64,000 nucleotides of DNA from the human T2T-CHM13v2.0 reference genome, Homo sapiens, in the NCBI RefSeq assembly GCF_009914755.1, contig NC_060932.1. One strand, written 5' to 3'. The translations under genes and the position numbers were made by a program. Shown one piece after another: positions 1 to 15,619 of the stretch. The notes under the pieces are model-generated. The model did not search any database. It was not told the origin of the DNA and saw nothing but the letters and a program-made list of their open reading frames with translations. Position 1 is the first letter of the stretch. Each line of letters opens with the position of its first letter.

Positions 1-381
1 GAGAGTAGTGGTTCTCCCAGCACAGAGTTTGAGATCTAAGAACGGACAGACTGCCTCCTCAAGTGGCTCCCTGACCCCGGGGAAGCCTAATTTGGAGACA
101 CCTCCCAGTAGGGGGCGACTGACACCTCATAAGGCTGGGTGCCCCTCTGAGATGACGCTTCCAGAGGAAGGATTAAGCAGCAACATCTGCCGTTCTGCAG
201 CCTCCGCTGGTGATATCCAGGCAAACAGGGTCTGGAGTGGACCTCCAGCAAACTCCAACAGACCTGCAGCTGAGCGTCCTGACTGTTAGAAGGAAAGCTA
301 ACAAACAGAAAGGACATCCACACCAAAACCCCATCTGTACGTCACCATCATCAAAGACCAAAGGTAGATAAAACCACAAAG

Positions 382-1404
382 ATGGGGAGAAACCAGAGCA
401 GAAAAGCTGAAAATTCTAAAAATCAGAGCGCCTCTTCTCCAAAGGAATGCAGCTCCTTGCCAGCAACGGAACAAAGATGGATGGAGAATGACTTTGACAA
501 GTCAAGAGAAGAAGGCTTCAGACAATCGGTAATAACAAACTTCTCCAAGCTAAAGGAGGATGTTCGAACCCATCGCAAAGATGCTAAAAACCTTGAAAAA
601 AGAGTAGATGAATGGCTAACTGGAATAACCAGTGTAGAGAAGTCCTTAAATGACCTGATGGAGCTGAAAACCATGGCACGAGAACTACTTGATGCATGCA
701 CAAGCTTCAGTAGCCCATTTGATCAAATGGAAGAAAGGGTATCAGTGATGGACGATCAAATGAATGAAATGAAGTGAGAAGAGAAGTTTAGAGAAAAAAG
801 AATAAAAAGAAACGAACAAAGCCTCCAAGAAATATGGGACTATGTGAAAAGACCAAATCTACGTCTGATTGGTGTACCTGAAAGCGACGGGGAGAATGGA
901 AGAAAGTTGGAAAACACTATTCAGCATATCATCCAGGAGAACTTCCCCAACCTACCGAGGCAGGCCAACATTCATATTCAGGAAATACAGAGAACGCCAA
1001 AAAGATACTCCTCGAGAAGAGCAACTCCAAGACACATAATTGTGAGATTCACCAAAGTTGAAATGAAGGAAAAAATGTTAAGGGCAGCCAGAGAGAAAGG
1101 TCAGGTTACCCACAAAGGGAAGCCCATCAGACTAACAGCAGATCTCTCAGCAGAAACTCTACAAGCCAGAAGAGAGTGGGGGCCAATATTCAATATTATT
1201 AAAGAAAAGAATTTTCAACCCAGAATTTCATATCCAGCCAAACTAAGCTTTATAAGTGATGGAGAAATAAAATACTTTACAGACAAACAAATGCTGAGAG
1301 ATTTTGTCACCACCAGGCCTGCCTTAAAAGAGCTTCTGAAGGAAGCACTAAACATGGAAAGGAACAATGGGTACCAGCCACTGCAAAAACATGCCAAATT
1401 GTAA
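382..1404 (+). pseudogene. L1 ORF1 (RNA-binding protein), inactivated
   Basis: ATG at 382, natural stop ending 1404, in-frame premature TGA at 775-777 (probably CGA>TGA). ORFs 382-777 and 844-1404 are in the same frame. Confidence 0.93.
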
Positions 1405-1467
1405 AGATCATTGATACTAGGAAGAAACTGCATCAACTAATGAGCAAAATAACCAGCTAACATCATA

Positions 1468-3503
<2,036 letters not shown>

Positions 3504-3647
3504 TAACACTTAGTGTTTGCTAAGTTCTAAGGGGTAAATAAATAGCTGTGAACAAGAAGAAGAACAGAAAGTCTCTGCCTTCACAGAGCTTATATTATCA
3601 TGGAGGGAAAGAAACAACAATAATAACAAACAAAAAGTGAAGCATAT

Positions 3648-4010
3648 TGATATGGTTTGGCTGTGCCTCCACCCATATCTCATCTTAAATTGTAGCTCCC
3701 ACAATCCCCACGTGTCATGGGAGGGACCCAGTGGGAGATAACTGAGTAATGGGGATAGGTTTTCCCATGCTGTTCTCATGATAGTGAATAAGTCTCACCG
3801 GATCTGATGGTTTCATAAAGGGGAGTTCCCCTGCACATGCTCTCTTGCCTGCCACCATGTAAGATGTGCCTTTGCTTCTTTTTTGCCTTCCTGCATGATC
3901 ATGACACCTCCCCAGCCACGTGGAAATGTGAGTCCATTAAACTTCTTTTCTTTATAAATTACCCAGTCTCGGGTATGTCTTTATTAGCAGCATGAGAACA
4001 GACTAATTCG
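3648..4010 (+). mobile_element. THE1 (THE1C/D-like) MaLR solo LTR
   Basis: TGATATGGTTTGGCTGTG start and ...CAGACTAAT end, with 5-bp TSD CATAT at 3643-3647 and 4011-4015. Confidence 0.9.
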
Positions 4011-4297
4011 CATATCATATATCAAATGTTGATAGATGCCATAAAGGAAAACCAAATAGAAAGACTGGGGAGAGTAGTGGGGTGATAAAAAAGAACACTA
4101 AAAGGATCATATTTGAACAAAGACTTGAAGTGGGTAAGGAATTAGCAAGGGCAATAACCCTGAGATAGAAGTGTCCCTGGCTTACAGAAAAGTCTGATAT
4201 GGCTAAAGCAGATTGAGCAAATGAGGAGATTAGCAAGAGATGAAGCCAGTGAAGGAATTAGGCATCATATCAAGGGTGCCCTATTGGTGGTAGTAAG

Positions 4298-4835
4298 TGT
4301 ATTAGTTGTCTATTGCTGCATAACGAATTACCCCAGAACTTAACAACTTGACACATAAATATATATTATCTAAAAAGATTCTGTGGGTCCGAAATCCAGG
4401 GAGCATTTAGCTGGGTGCATTATCTCAAGTTCTCTCAGAGTGTTGCAGTCAGGCATCCGTTGAGGCTGCAGCCATCTAAAGACTTGACTAGGACTGGAGG
4501 GTCCATTTCCAGGTTGGCTCACTCACATGCTTCGCAACTCGTTGCTGGCGCTTCTTAGGAGGTCCCAGTTCCTCACCACATTGACTTCCCCACGGGGATG
4601 CAGTTGCATCTTCACAACATGGCAGCTACCTTTCTTAGAGAATATGATATAAGAGATCATGAGGCAGAAGCTACTATGTCTTTTATGCCCTGTTCTCAGG
4701 AGTTGCAGACCTTCGTTTCTGCAATGTGCTATTGGTGACATAGATCAGCCTTATTCAGTATGAGAGAAGGCTACACAAGGGCATACATATCAGGAGACAA
4801 GAATCATTGAGGGCCATATTATAGGCCACTACACA
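4298..4835 (-). mobile_element. MLT1 (MLT1F/G-like) MaLR LTR
   Basis: TGTATTAGTTGTCTATTGCTGCATAACGAATTACCCCAGAACTT terminus typical of reverse-oriented MLT1. Confidence 0.7.
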
Positions 4836-5796
4836 AGTAAGAAATTTGGACTTACTTTGAATGAGATAGAAAGTTATCAGAAGATTTTGAGCATAGTTTT
4901 GGCACACTTAACTTTTAAAAGGATTACTGCGGTTGCTGGGTTGAAAATAGACAGTAGTGGGGCAAGGGTGGAACCCAGGAGATCAGTTAGGAGGTTATTA
5001 CAATAATCCCAGCAAAAATGCCAGACTAGATAAGGATCAGAATTAGAAGGCTGAAAGTAATAAGAAATGGTCATATTTGGAATCTGGAGATGTTTGGAAG
5101 ACAGATCTGATAAGATTTGTTGATGAGTTTTATGTAGGCTGTAAAAAAAAAAAAAAGTTGAAGATGAACCATGATTTTTAACCTGAGCAACCAGAAATAC
5201 GTTTATTACATGGAAATGTTTGTTGGTTGTTAGGAGGGTACAGAGATTGGCTAACTACCCAAGATAGGGAAGTCAGAAAAGTCCTCCAGGAGGAGATGTC
5301 TGGATTTAATAGCTATATCGAAGTTAGCCAGGCTAAGAAAAGAGAGAAGAGAACTAGAGGCAACAGAACAGCATAAATAATGGCAAAGAAGCAAAAAGTA
5401 TTACTGTGTGTGTACAAAGAAATAAAGTAATTCTATGCTTCCAGGATACCTACTACAAAGTATTTGGTGGGAAAATCTGTGATTTGAAGTGTATCTTTTC
5501 CATTTGTTCAATTAAAAATTATTTTATTTATTACACACCTGCTCGGTACCAGACACGGATAGCTGCAGACGGTACAATGATAAACAATGATGTTATTTCA
5601 GAATAGGGTGTTGACAGCAGGGCTAAGGTGATTAGATCTAATGAAAAGGTAATTCAAGGGCTTTTTAAAAATGGAAAAGGATACATAGATGTTGGCCTTG
5701 GTAGCTCCAGAATTTCTTTAAAAAGAAATTTTAGAAATGTGGATAGAAAGAACTTACCTTGATACATTTTTGCCTAACTAGAACACCATTTTACTT

Positions 5797-6095
5797 AGTG
5801 GTATATATATATACCACTATATATATATAGTGGTGTGTGTGTGTATATTATATTATATATGTGTGTATATATACGTATATATATATACACACACACACCA
5901 CTATATATATATATATAGTGGTATATATATAATATATACATATATGTATATATATTATATATAGTATATATATATTTTATACATATTATATATTATATAT
6001 AATATATACATATATTATACATATATTTATATATAATATATGTGTATATTTATGTGTATATTTATATATATATTTATATATATATATATGAATAT
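5797..6095. repeat. TA-rich compound microsatellite with internal inverted repeats
   Basis: (TA)n, (TG)n and (CA)n runs punctuated by AGTGGT/ACCACT. Confidence 0.9.
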
Positions 6096-6524
6096 ATGGT
6101 TTGAGGGAAGGATGACGTATAATACTGGGAGGCCAAATAACTTCCAACCCCATCTTGGAGTAACCATTGGGTTTCTGACTTGTACAACTGGGTAGATGCT
6201 GATGCCATTTAGTGAGGCAGTGCATTTGGAAGAGGGTAGCCTGGGGTTTATGGGAGATCATGAATTAGATTTAGCATAGAAGAAAGGTCAACATATAGCC
6301 CTTGAATATTTTGTAAATAATTACTGGTTAAGTACAAAGAACCTATAATGTTTTAGAGTATTATGAAATAAACACACTCAATACCTGATAAAATAACACT
6401 ATATGACACTACTATTTGGTTAAATAAACTTTTATTCACATATAGAAAAAAGCAAACTGACTTGTGCTTTGAGGATGGGTTGTGTGGTATATGTCTTCTC
6501 CATAGGTGAACCTGAAAGTACTGA

Positions 6525-7320
<796 letters not shown>

Positions 7321-8409
7321 TGAACTGCTCATTTCTTTTTTATTGCCACTTGCTACTACAGATCTGGGACCCTTGGGATTTGTCATCTCTTCTAGCAGAA
7401 CATGTAAAAGCTGTCTAATGAAAGCAAAAATCTAATATGAAATAGTATAATTTTGTCCAGAAAGAAATTAGTGTTTGCTATCAGAGAAAATTCATTTGCT
7501 ATGCTTCCTTCTACCCAATAAAGGAGGTAGATCTTGGATCCTGGAGACGCTTGTATTTGCTGGTTGTTTCCAAAATTAAGTGAAGGATGTGGGATTACAA
7601 GATTAGTAGAGCCTATGAAATTAAGTTACTCTGCATAAGGGAAAGAGTAGGATTTAAAAAAAGGTGTCTGGAGATAGGAGACTTTTCAAGTCTATAGGTA
7701 TAAAGAGGAGGAGGGTCCAGAAGAAGCCAAAGCTGAAGCTTATTTTGGGAAAAATACAATGAGAGAGAATTTTGGAGTGAAATGCTATGTGCTTGGTGGA
7801 GTAAAATCTCTTTGGTCTTTGCTACAAATTCTTCAGTAAAATTTCAATTCTAGTGCCTTTTGGAATCAATTTTTCTTTTTTGAGGGAATAAAGTGTTTAC
7901 TCCTGCTCCAACAAAGTTTTGCATGAGCAACAACAGCCCAGAGCCTGCCCCTGGGTCCAGCCCACATCTCAGTCCTTGTCTTTATTTGCCCCAGAGAACC
8001 TTTTCCTGCTTTCCAGTCTCTCTGCTTAGAAGTTGAATTCTTTTTACCTCTTTTTTTCCCTCTCTCTTTCTGAATTCTTGATTCCTGGTACCCATCTGCC
8101 TGAGTTTCTCCCCTAAACCTCTCCTACTCCTAGATAGCCAAGCTCCTCTCCTTTCTTCACCTAACTCCCTGGAATTCATATTTCCTGTTCCCAAAATAAT
8201 GTTCTCAGCTCTCATCCACACCTTGTACTTAACAGACCGCTTGCAATTCAGTATGGCTTCCTGGCTCTTTGTGATCTGTGAGCCTGCTCCTTTCTATCCT
8301 AGAAGCAGATCTAAACAAAGCAACTTAGAAGATTTGCTACTGGATAAAGTGTTTTCACAGTAGTAACATCATAATTATATTGTATGTCTTGCTACTATTA
8401 TATTACTAT

Positions 8410-8655
8410 TACCTAACATTATTATAGACAGCATTTGTTGGGCTCTTATGTCAGCACTAAGCTAAACAATCTGCAAGCATTCTGTCACTTAATTTTAAAA
8501 ATACTCTAGGAGGTTAGTATTATTAGCACTATTTATGCATAAGGAACTCAAAGCCCAGAGTGGTGAAGTAATTTGCCTGAAGTGAGAAAGCAGATGCAGT
8601 GTTCCAACCCAGGTGTGCTAATCCCAGACTACAATTAACCATTGTCATATACTAA
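8410..8655 (-). mobile_element. MIR SINE
   Basis: Core-like TTTATGCATAAGGAACTCAAAGCCCAGAGTGGTGAAGTAATTTGCCTG. Confidence 0.7.
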
Positions 8656-10350
8656 CCTATATTTAGCCATCTTTAAGACTGAAAAGTTTTAATAAATAAT
8701 ATTTACATTACGATATCAAATACAAAAAAGCAGCACATGTTGTGTTCTGCTTTAACAAGGTAAAAGAACAATCATACAAACAGGATTGGAGGGACTTGCA
8801 ATATTGTAGAAGAATTTCTCAATAAATTGAAAAATAAGCTTACATATTCTTTTTGTGAGAAAATCCAAAAAGCTAAAACTGAGCCACATGGGTAAAATAT
8901 AAAAAGTTAAAAACAGACATTCATAATTCAGGTTGTCAGCTTTCAAAAATTTCATATTAGACTGGGTATTGTAAACTATACCATGATGTCTTACAAGATC
9001 ATTAAAAAAAAGTTTTGATGACCAGGGAAAAAGTGAAGTACATTTGAGTATAGTCAGCAGAATGAGAAAAACTGAGATCAGGAAAAAAAAAAAAAAAAGA
9101 GAGAGAGAGAGAGAAGAAGGAGGAAGGAGGAGGGGGAGTTTATCTTGAAGCTTTTAAGTTCAGGGAAGCCTGGGGAAAATTGCTGCAGAAACATGATTAA
9201 TAGTGACAAATTGACATCATTGATTATGAAATTAATGGAAGTAGGAAGAGCCTGTCTCTGAGCTTTTATCCAAAGATTTCAAATGTTTTAAAAGAGTCCC
9301 ATGGTCAATTCTTTCAAAAGAGACTGATAAATTGAACATAATAAAAGCACAGATCAAGACCCTGTCAGCCAACATTCTGGGATCATTATGTTCTCCCCGA
9401 AGGATGGCCTCTCCACCCTGATAGAAGCCTAAAAGCTGACAGCCACAAAATATTATACTGCTTCTAATGATCCCAAGGATGATTCAGCTCAGCTTCCAAC
9501 CCACCTTCCCAGTAATTTTCTGTGCAAAGAGGAAGTTAGCTTGGCAATAAATAACCTATTTGCCCATAGTCAGGGAAGACTATTTGACAACCAGATGAAT
9601 AGAGACTATTTTGAAAATAGAGGAAAAATTACCCTTCACCGAGAATAGACTGATAAATGAGATGCTCACACTGGTCTCCGTTAACCATTTAAAATGTAAG
9701 AACAGCATGGATAGATCAGTTAGTGGTTAGACATAATCTTCAAACCATCTGTAGCATCAGGCTCTGAAAAATCCATGAGGCACCACAAAACAAAAGGTAA
9801 AGAAAGGTATGCGTGGCACAAGGAGAACAGTTGGCATTAATGAAGCCCAGTTTGAAACACTGGGCTGGTAAGATTTCTCTTTGTTTTTCAATCCAGCATA
9901 ACTACTTGGCTAAATAATTATAGTTCAAAGAGGATGTCTTTTTTTTTTTTTTTTTTTTTTAAAGCTCAAGTTAAACCTCAGTTACAATGAAGCAGAGCAA
10001 AACTTGAAATTCAGGTTAACCCACTGTTGCTCTTCATTGGATCTCAGCTTGAGAGACAGTCCTAAGCCATCTGGCCAGGAGGAGTGAAGAATAAGGTAGT
10101 GTGAGAAACATTGGTTTTGGGGGACTCTTTTGGGAAAAAGACAACCTATTTTGGAAGCCTAGAAGTCTATGGCTAATAAACCAGAACAATACATATTTTG
10201 CAATTTAAAGTCAGTTTAGTAAAGTTCCTTTCAACCTTCAGGTTGGGAAACAGATAAAACCTATTGTAGGTTTTCTGCTTATCAGAAGAGATTCCCACTG
10301 ACTGTGCATACAACCTGTCCTGTATCTATTAGCCACCGATGGATTTAGTT

Positions 10351-11128
10351 TGTCTAGGGTTCTATAAATGTATCTGAAAGTATTGTCAGTGTGCTGGACT
10401 CACACAGAAGAATTTGAGTGAGTCCAAATTAAGAGTAGGCAAAGAAACTTATTGCAAAGCGGAAGTACACTCTGGGAGGCAGAGCAGGCTGCCCAAAGGG
10501 AGAGACAGCCCCCAGTGCCTTACGAGGAATCCCTTTATTGGAACTGTACATACATATTTATAAAATACAGGTGGGGTCAGGTATGCAAAGGTAGAGCTGC
10601 AGTTGCCACATGTGCTCAGCATCTACGTGTTCTAACATGTACCACACGTATCATGAGCATATAAAATCTCAACCTAAGGGGTGTGTTTTTTACTATTAAA
10701 ATGAGGAAAGGGTAAGTATCAGCTGAAGCTTGAGCCTAGCTGTGCATGTGGGACCCTAATAAGTCCCTAGCTCCCCTAAGGCAGAAATTAAATTCTTTTT
10801 ACCTTGTATTTTTTTCTGAATTCTTGATCCCTGGTACCCATCGGCCTGAGTTTCTAACTAACAGCTTCTTGGGGTTTTGGTGCTGATTGGCTGGAGAGTA
10901 GGGAAACAACAACAGGAACAAGGGGTTCTTGTTCTCTTTCCCAGGCCATAGCGGCTATCAGGAACTTGTAGCCATCTGGGGGTCAGCTGGTATCCTGTAG
11001 GACCACTTATCTTGCAAAAAACATTAGGTACTGACGCAGCAGGGTGCAAGGGACGTAAAAGGAGCCCACAGGACTTCACACAAGGGGATAATGCAGTGTT
11101 GCATTCTCACCTTACTTATCTTGCCTCA
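10351..11128 (-). mobile_element. ERV1 (MER4-group-like) solo LTR, subfamily not assigned
   Basis: Minus-strand start TGAGGCAAGATAAGTAAGG and LTR-like AAGAATTTGAGTGAGTCC...CTTATTGCAAAGCGGAAGTACACTC at the other end. Left boundary approximate. Confidence 0.65.
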
Positions 11129-12013
11129 GAAGATCTGGTTTTATGACATGGGAAAGGAAGACTCTATTCAGAGTATGTGGGTAGCCACACACTCCATAAT
11201 GCTCTCGAAGAAGCGCCATAATGGTCTTGAAGAGATCTAAAATATGAGTGCATTTAATTAAGGGACATAATGACCCTCACTATAGCAAAGCATTTTATAA
11301 TGAGGCATTGATGAATAATATAATTGTTAGCAAAAATGATGAGACACATTATCCTTACAAACAATACCAGGCAGGAGAGTGAGGATTGTTTAAAATTTCC
11401 CTCCATCCCTGTAATTCTCTTCTACCCAGCCACCCCTGACCCAGCCCGCTCACACACACAGCACTGCAACCTATGATTTAAGGTTATTGGAAAGCAAGAA
11501 TCTGAACTTTTGCGTGAAAGGAATAGAAAGAAAATGTTAATGTTTTTTAAGAAAGAAAAAGATCTGATTCTTATCACTATTGATGAGAGCATACATTGGA
11601 ATAGACTTTCTAGGGTCAATCTGGCAGCATTTATAAAAATTTAAAATGTGCTTATTCTTTGACCCAATAATTCTACTTCTAAAATTCTAACCTAGAGGAA
11701 TAGTTGCAGGTGTGCACAAACGCATGGATGATACTTATTTTGTATTGCTTATTAAGTAGAAAAATTGGATGCAAACTAAATATCTATCAATAGGGTATTA
11801 AATTATGATTAATTCTCATGATAGAATACTATGTAATGATTTAAATGAATAAAGAGAATTGTATGTTTTGATATTTGACTATCTCCAAGACATATTATTA
11901 CATAGAAAATAAATAAAAAAGAAAAATGCATATATATGCAGATTATATATAAAATATGTATATAGAGTCATCCTTCAGTATCCTCAGGAGATTGGTTCAA
12001 GAATCCCCAGAGG

Positions 12014-12406
<393 letters not shown>

Positions 12407-12523
12407 TTATGTCATCTCTAGATTGCTTATAATACCTAAAAAAATGTGAATGTTATGTAAATAGCTGTTATACTACATTGGTTTTTTACTGGTATTCTTG
12501 TTGTTGTATTATTATTCTTTTTA

Positions 12524-12663
12524 AAGAAATATTTTTTAAATATTTCTTTATGTTTAAGAAATATTTTTTAAATATTTCTTTATGTTTAAGAAATATTTTT
12601 TAAATATTTCTTTATGTTTAAGAAATATTTTTTAAATATTTCTTTATGTTTAAGAAATATTTT
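12524..12663. repeat. 32-bp-period minisatellite, 4 identical units plus a partial unit
   Basis: Unit AAGAAATATTTTTTAAATATTTCTTTATGTTT starts at 12524, 12556, 12588, 12620 and (partial) 12652. Confidence 0.95.
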
Positions 12664-12892
12664 GAGAAATAAAAATGCGTCATTTTTTAAAGATATATTT
12701 TCTATCTGCAGTTGGTTGAACCTGTGGATGTGGAACCCAGACACAAACGGCCAACTCTATATGTCACACTATGATTAAAATATATGTTTACATTTACATG
12801 CACATTATATTTATATATATATATAAATATATTTACCAAGATAAGTAAAAGCATGTTATTCGTGGTGACTTCCAAAGAGGAAGATGAGTTTT

Positions 12893-13172
12893 TTTTGTTT
12901 GTTTTTTTGAGACAGAGTCTCACTCTGGCGCCCAGGCTGCAGTGCAGTGGCACGATCTCGGCTCACTGCAAGCTCCGCCTCCCGGGTTCACGCCATTCTC
13001 CTGCCTCAGCCTCCTGAGTAGCTGGGACTACAGGCACCTGCCACCACACTCGGCTAATTTTTTGGTATTTTTAGTAGACATGGGGTTTCAGTGTGTTAGC
13101 AAGGATGGTCTTGATCTCCTGACCTCGTGATCCGCCCACCTGGGCCTCCCAAAGTGCTGGGATTACAGGCCT
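12893..13172 (-). mobile_element. AluY-like SINE, slightly 5'-truncated
   Basis: Antisense Alu with TSD GAGGAA(G/A)ATGAGTTT at 12878-12892 and 13173-13187. Confidence 0.93.
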
Positions 13173-14279
13173 GAGGAAAATGAGTTTAGAAGGAGGAGGT
13201 AAAGAGAAACTTAAAAAAAAAAGTTATGTGTCTATATTATTTAAATATTTTAAAACAACTGTATAAAATTAAAAAGTGAAATATTTTTAAATAAAACATC
13301 AAATAATACTCTTGAAAAAGAGAACAGGACCTACTGAGGATAACCTGGGGTATGCAGCGTATTAAACAACACCAGAATCCCCGTAGATGACATCATGTCT
13401 AGCATAGTCAAGTGGTGGCTCTGCTTTGCTTGGTCTTTACTCTGGGACTAAGACTGACAAAACGCCTCCATCAGGAATACTGCTGTTTATTGCAATGGAG
13501 AAAAAGGATGTCTTGGGCATGCCTCACATACCCCCATAATTCACTGACCACGGCAAGTCACATGGCCATGCCCCAGTTCAACAGGACAAGGGTGAAGCAT
13601 CCCATAGGATGCGCCACAAGGGAGGGTGTCCAACAAACTTTGAACAAACTTTGTAATGTAGCACACAGCACCGTGAGATAAAAGTAGCTTCTGCTTCTTC
13701 CCTTTTCTACTTCTTAAATATGTACATAACTGACTTCACTCAAACCCCAGCACTCTACTCCAATCAGTAAATACTCCTCTTCTCTCATCCCCTCCCTTTG
13801 CCCTCTCTTCTCCTTCTAGTCCTCTTTCTCTCCCTTTCTTCATTTTTCTCTCTCTGTCTGTCCTGTCTCTTTCTGTCTCAGCCTCTCTCTGTGTGTGTTC
13901 TTTCAGATAGATCCAGAAATGTAAAGGACAACTTAAATAACCTTCTCTGCTAAAAACTCTTGTTTGCTACTTTGCATATGTGATAAGTTAAGGATTTTGA
14001 AGTGAAGAGATTATTCTCAATTATTCAGGTGGACCCAATAAAATCACAAACGTTGTTTAAAAGGAAGAAGGAGGTGGGAGAGTCTGAGAAGGTGTTATGA
14101 CTGAAGCAAGGGTCACAGACAGATAGAGATTTAAAGATGCTCCACTGCCGGCTTTGAAAATGGAGAAACAGGCCATGAGCTAAGGAATAGAGGCAGCCTC
14201 TAGGAACTAGAAAAGTCAAGGAAACAAAATGTCCCCTAGAGCCTCCAGAGGGAATGTGGCATGGTGACACATTGACCAC

Positions 14280-14366
14280 TATTAGGGTTCTCCAGAGAAA
14301 CAGAACGATAGGATGGCTGGAGTGATAGATGACAGACAGACATAGATAGATAGATGATAGATAGAT

Positions 14367-14404
<38 letters not shown>

Positions 14405-14911
14405 CAGACAGATAGGTAGATAGATGGGATTTATCAGGGGAAGTGCCTCATGTAATTTTGGAGGCTGGGAAGTCCCGCAATAGGCTGACTGCAACCTGGA
14501 GACCCTGGTCTGCAAATAGCATAGCTCAGCTCAGATTCTAAGGCCTCAGAAGCAGGTAAGCTGATGGTGTAACTCTCAGTCTGGGGCTGGAGGTCTAAGA
14601 ACCCAGGTGGCTGCTGGTGTAAGTCCTGGAGTCCAAAAGCTAGAGAGCCTGGAGTTCTGATGTCCAAAGACAGGAGAACAATGTATCCTAGCTCCAGGAG
14701 AGTGACAAAAATCCCCTTTTTGTACTATCAAAGGCCCCAGCTATTAGGTGGCGTCTGCCCACGTTGAGGGTGGATCTTCCCCACTCAGTCCACTGACACA
14801 CATGCCAGTCTCTTCTGGAAACACCTCCCAGGCACACTCAGAAGTATTGTTTTACCAATTCTCTAAGTATTCCTTAATCCAGTTAAGTTGACAACTAAAA
14901 TTAACCATCAT
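14280..14911 (-). mobile_element. MLT2 (MLT2B-like) ERVL LTR
   Basis: TATTAGGGTTCTCCAGAGAAACAGAAC at one end and AAGTTGACAACTAAAATTAACCATCA at the other. Confidence 0.8.
14325..14425. repeat. (GATA)n/(GACA)n tetranucleotide STR inside MLT2
   Basis: Visible AGAT and AGAC runs. Confidence 0.95.
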
Positions 14912-15588
14912 ACCTAGTGAGACTAACTTCAGAATTCTGAGCTTCAGAACTATAAAATAATATATTTGTGTTGCTTTAAGCCACAAAATTTATGGCAATT
15001 TCTTACAGCAGCAATAGGAAACTAAAATACTTGCTTTGACAGTTAGGAGTAATATTCAACTGTTAATAACAGAACTGGATACAGTGAAGTAAACACAAAA
15101 GAAGTCTCCCCCCTCATATTAAAAACATCTGAAATTTGGTAGCTCAGAGCTTTACCAGTGCCTCCTCTAAGTTATCAGGGACCCCCTAAGCTCCTCTTAG
15201 CTCTGACTCTGCCTCCTGTGATTCTATATGACCTCAAGATGACCAGGTCAGGTCCAGCTACTGCATTCACATTTTAGACAGCAGAAAGAAGAAAGAGAAG
15301 AAGAAATGCTCATTCTCATAGTTTAAGAGCTTTTCTGGAAGTCACACACAATATGTCTGCTAGCGGAAAGGGGTCCTGATCCAAGCCCCAAGAGAGGGTT
15401 CTTGGGTGTAGCGCAAGAAACAATTCGGGATGAGTCCATAGAATAAAGTGAAAGCAAGTTTATTAAGAAAGTAAAAGAATAAAGAATGGCTACTCCGTAG
15501 GTAGAGTGGCAGCATGGGCTGCTTAACTGAATATGCTTATAGTTATATCTTGATTATATGGTAAACAAGGGTGGATTATCCATGAGTT

Positions 15589-15619
15589 TTCCAGGAAAGG
15601 GGATGGTTAATTCCTGGAA
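15589..15619. promoter_or_regulatory. Tandem STAT (GAS) motifs TTCCNGGAA within MER41
   Basis: TTCCAGGAA at 15589-15597 and TTCCTGGAA at 15611-15619. Motif match only; activity untested. Confidence 0.5.

Larger units (their letters stand above)
3510..5210 (-). mobile_element. Fragmented old L2 LINE, interrupted by THE1 and MLT1 LTRs
   Basis: Diverged antisense L2-like segments (e.g. CTGCCTTCACAGAGCTT, TTTGAACAAAGACTTGAAG, GGAGGTTATTACAATAATCC). Boundaries approximate. Confidence 0.6.
13970..15030 (+). mobile_element. MLT1 (MLT1D-like) LTR, split by an MLT2 insertion
   Basis: AAGTTAAGGATTTTGAAG...CCCCTAGAGCCTCCAGAGGGA, resuming after 14911 to ...CAGCAATAGGAAACTAA. Confidence 0.75.

Noticed and set aside
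9140-9930. Possible CR1/L3 remnant
   Set aside because: Similarity is too faint to support without a profile search.
12524-12663. Palindromic 32-bp repeats superficially resembling a CRISPR array
   Set aside because: Units are contiguous and identical with no unique spacers, there are no cas genes, and the DNA is primate; it is a minisatellite.
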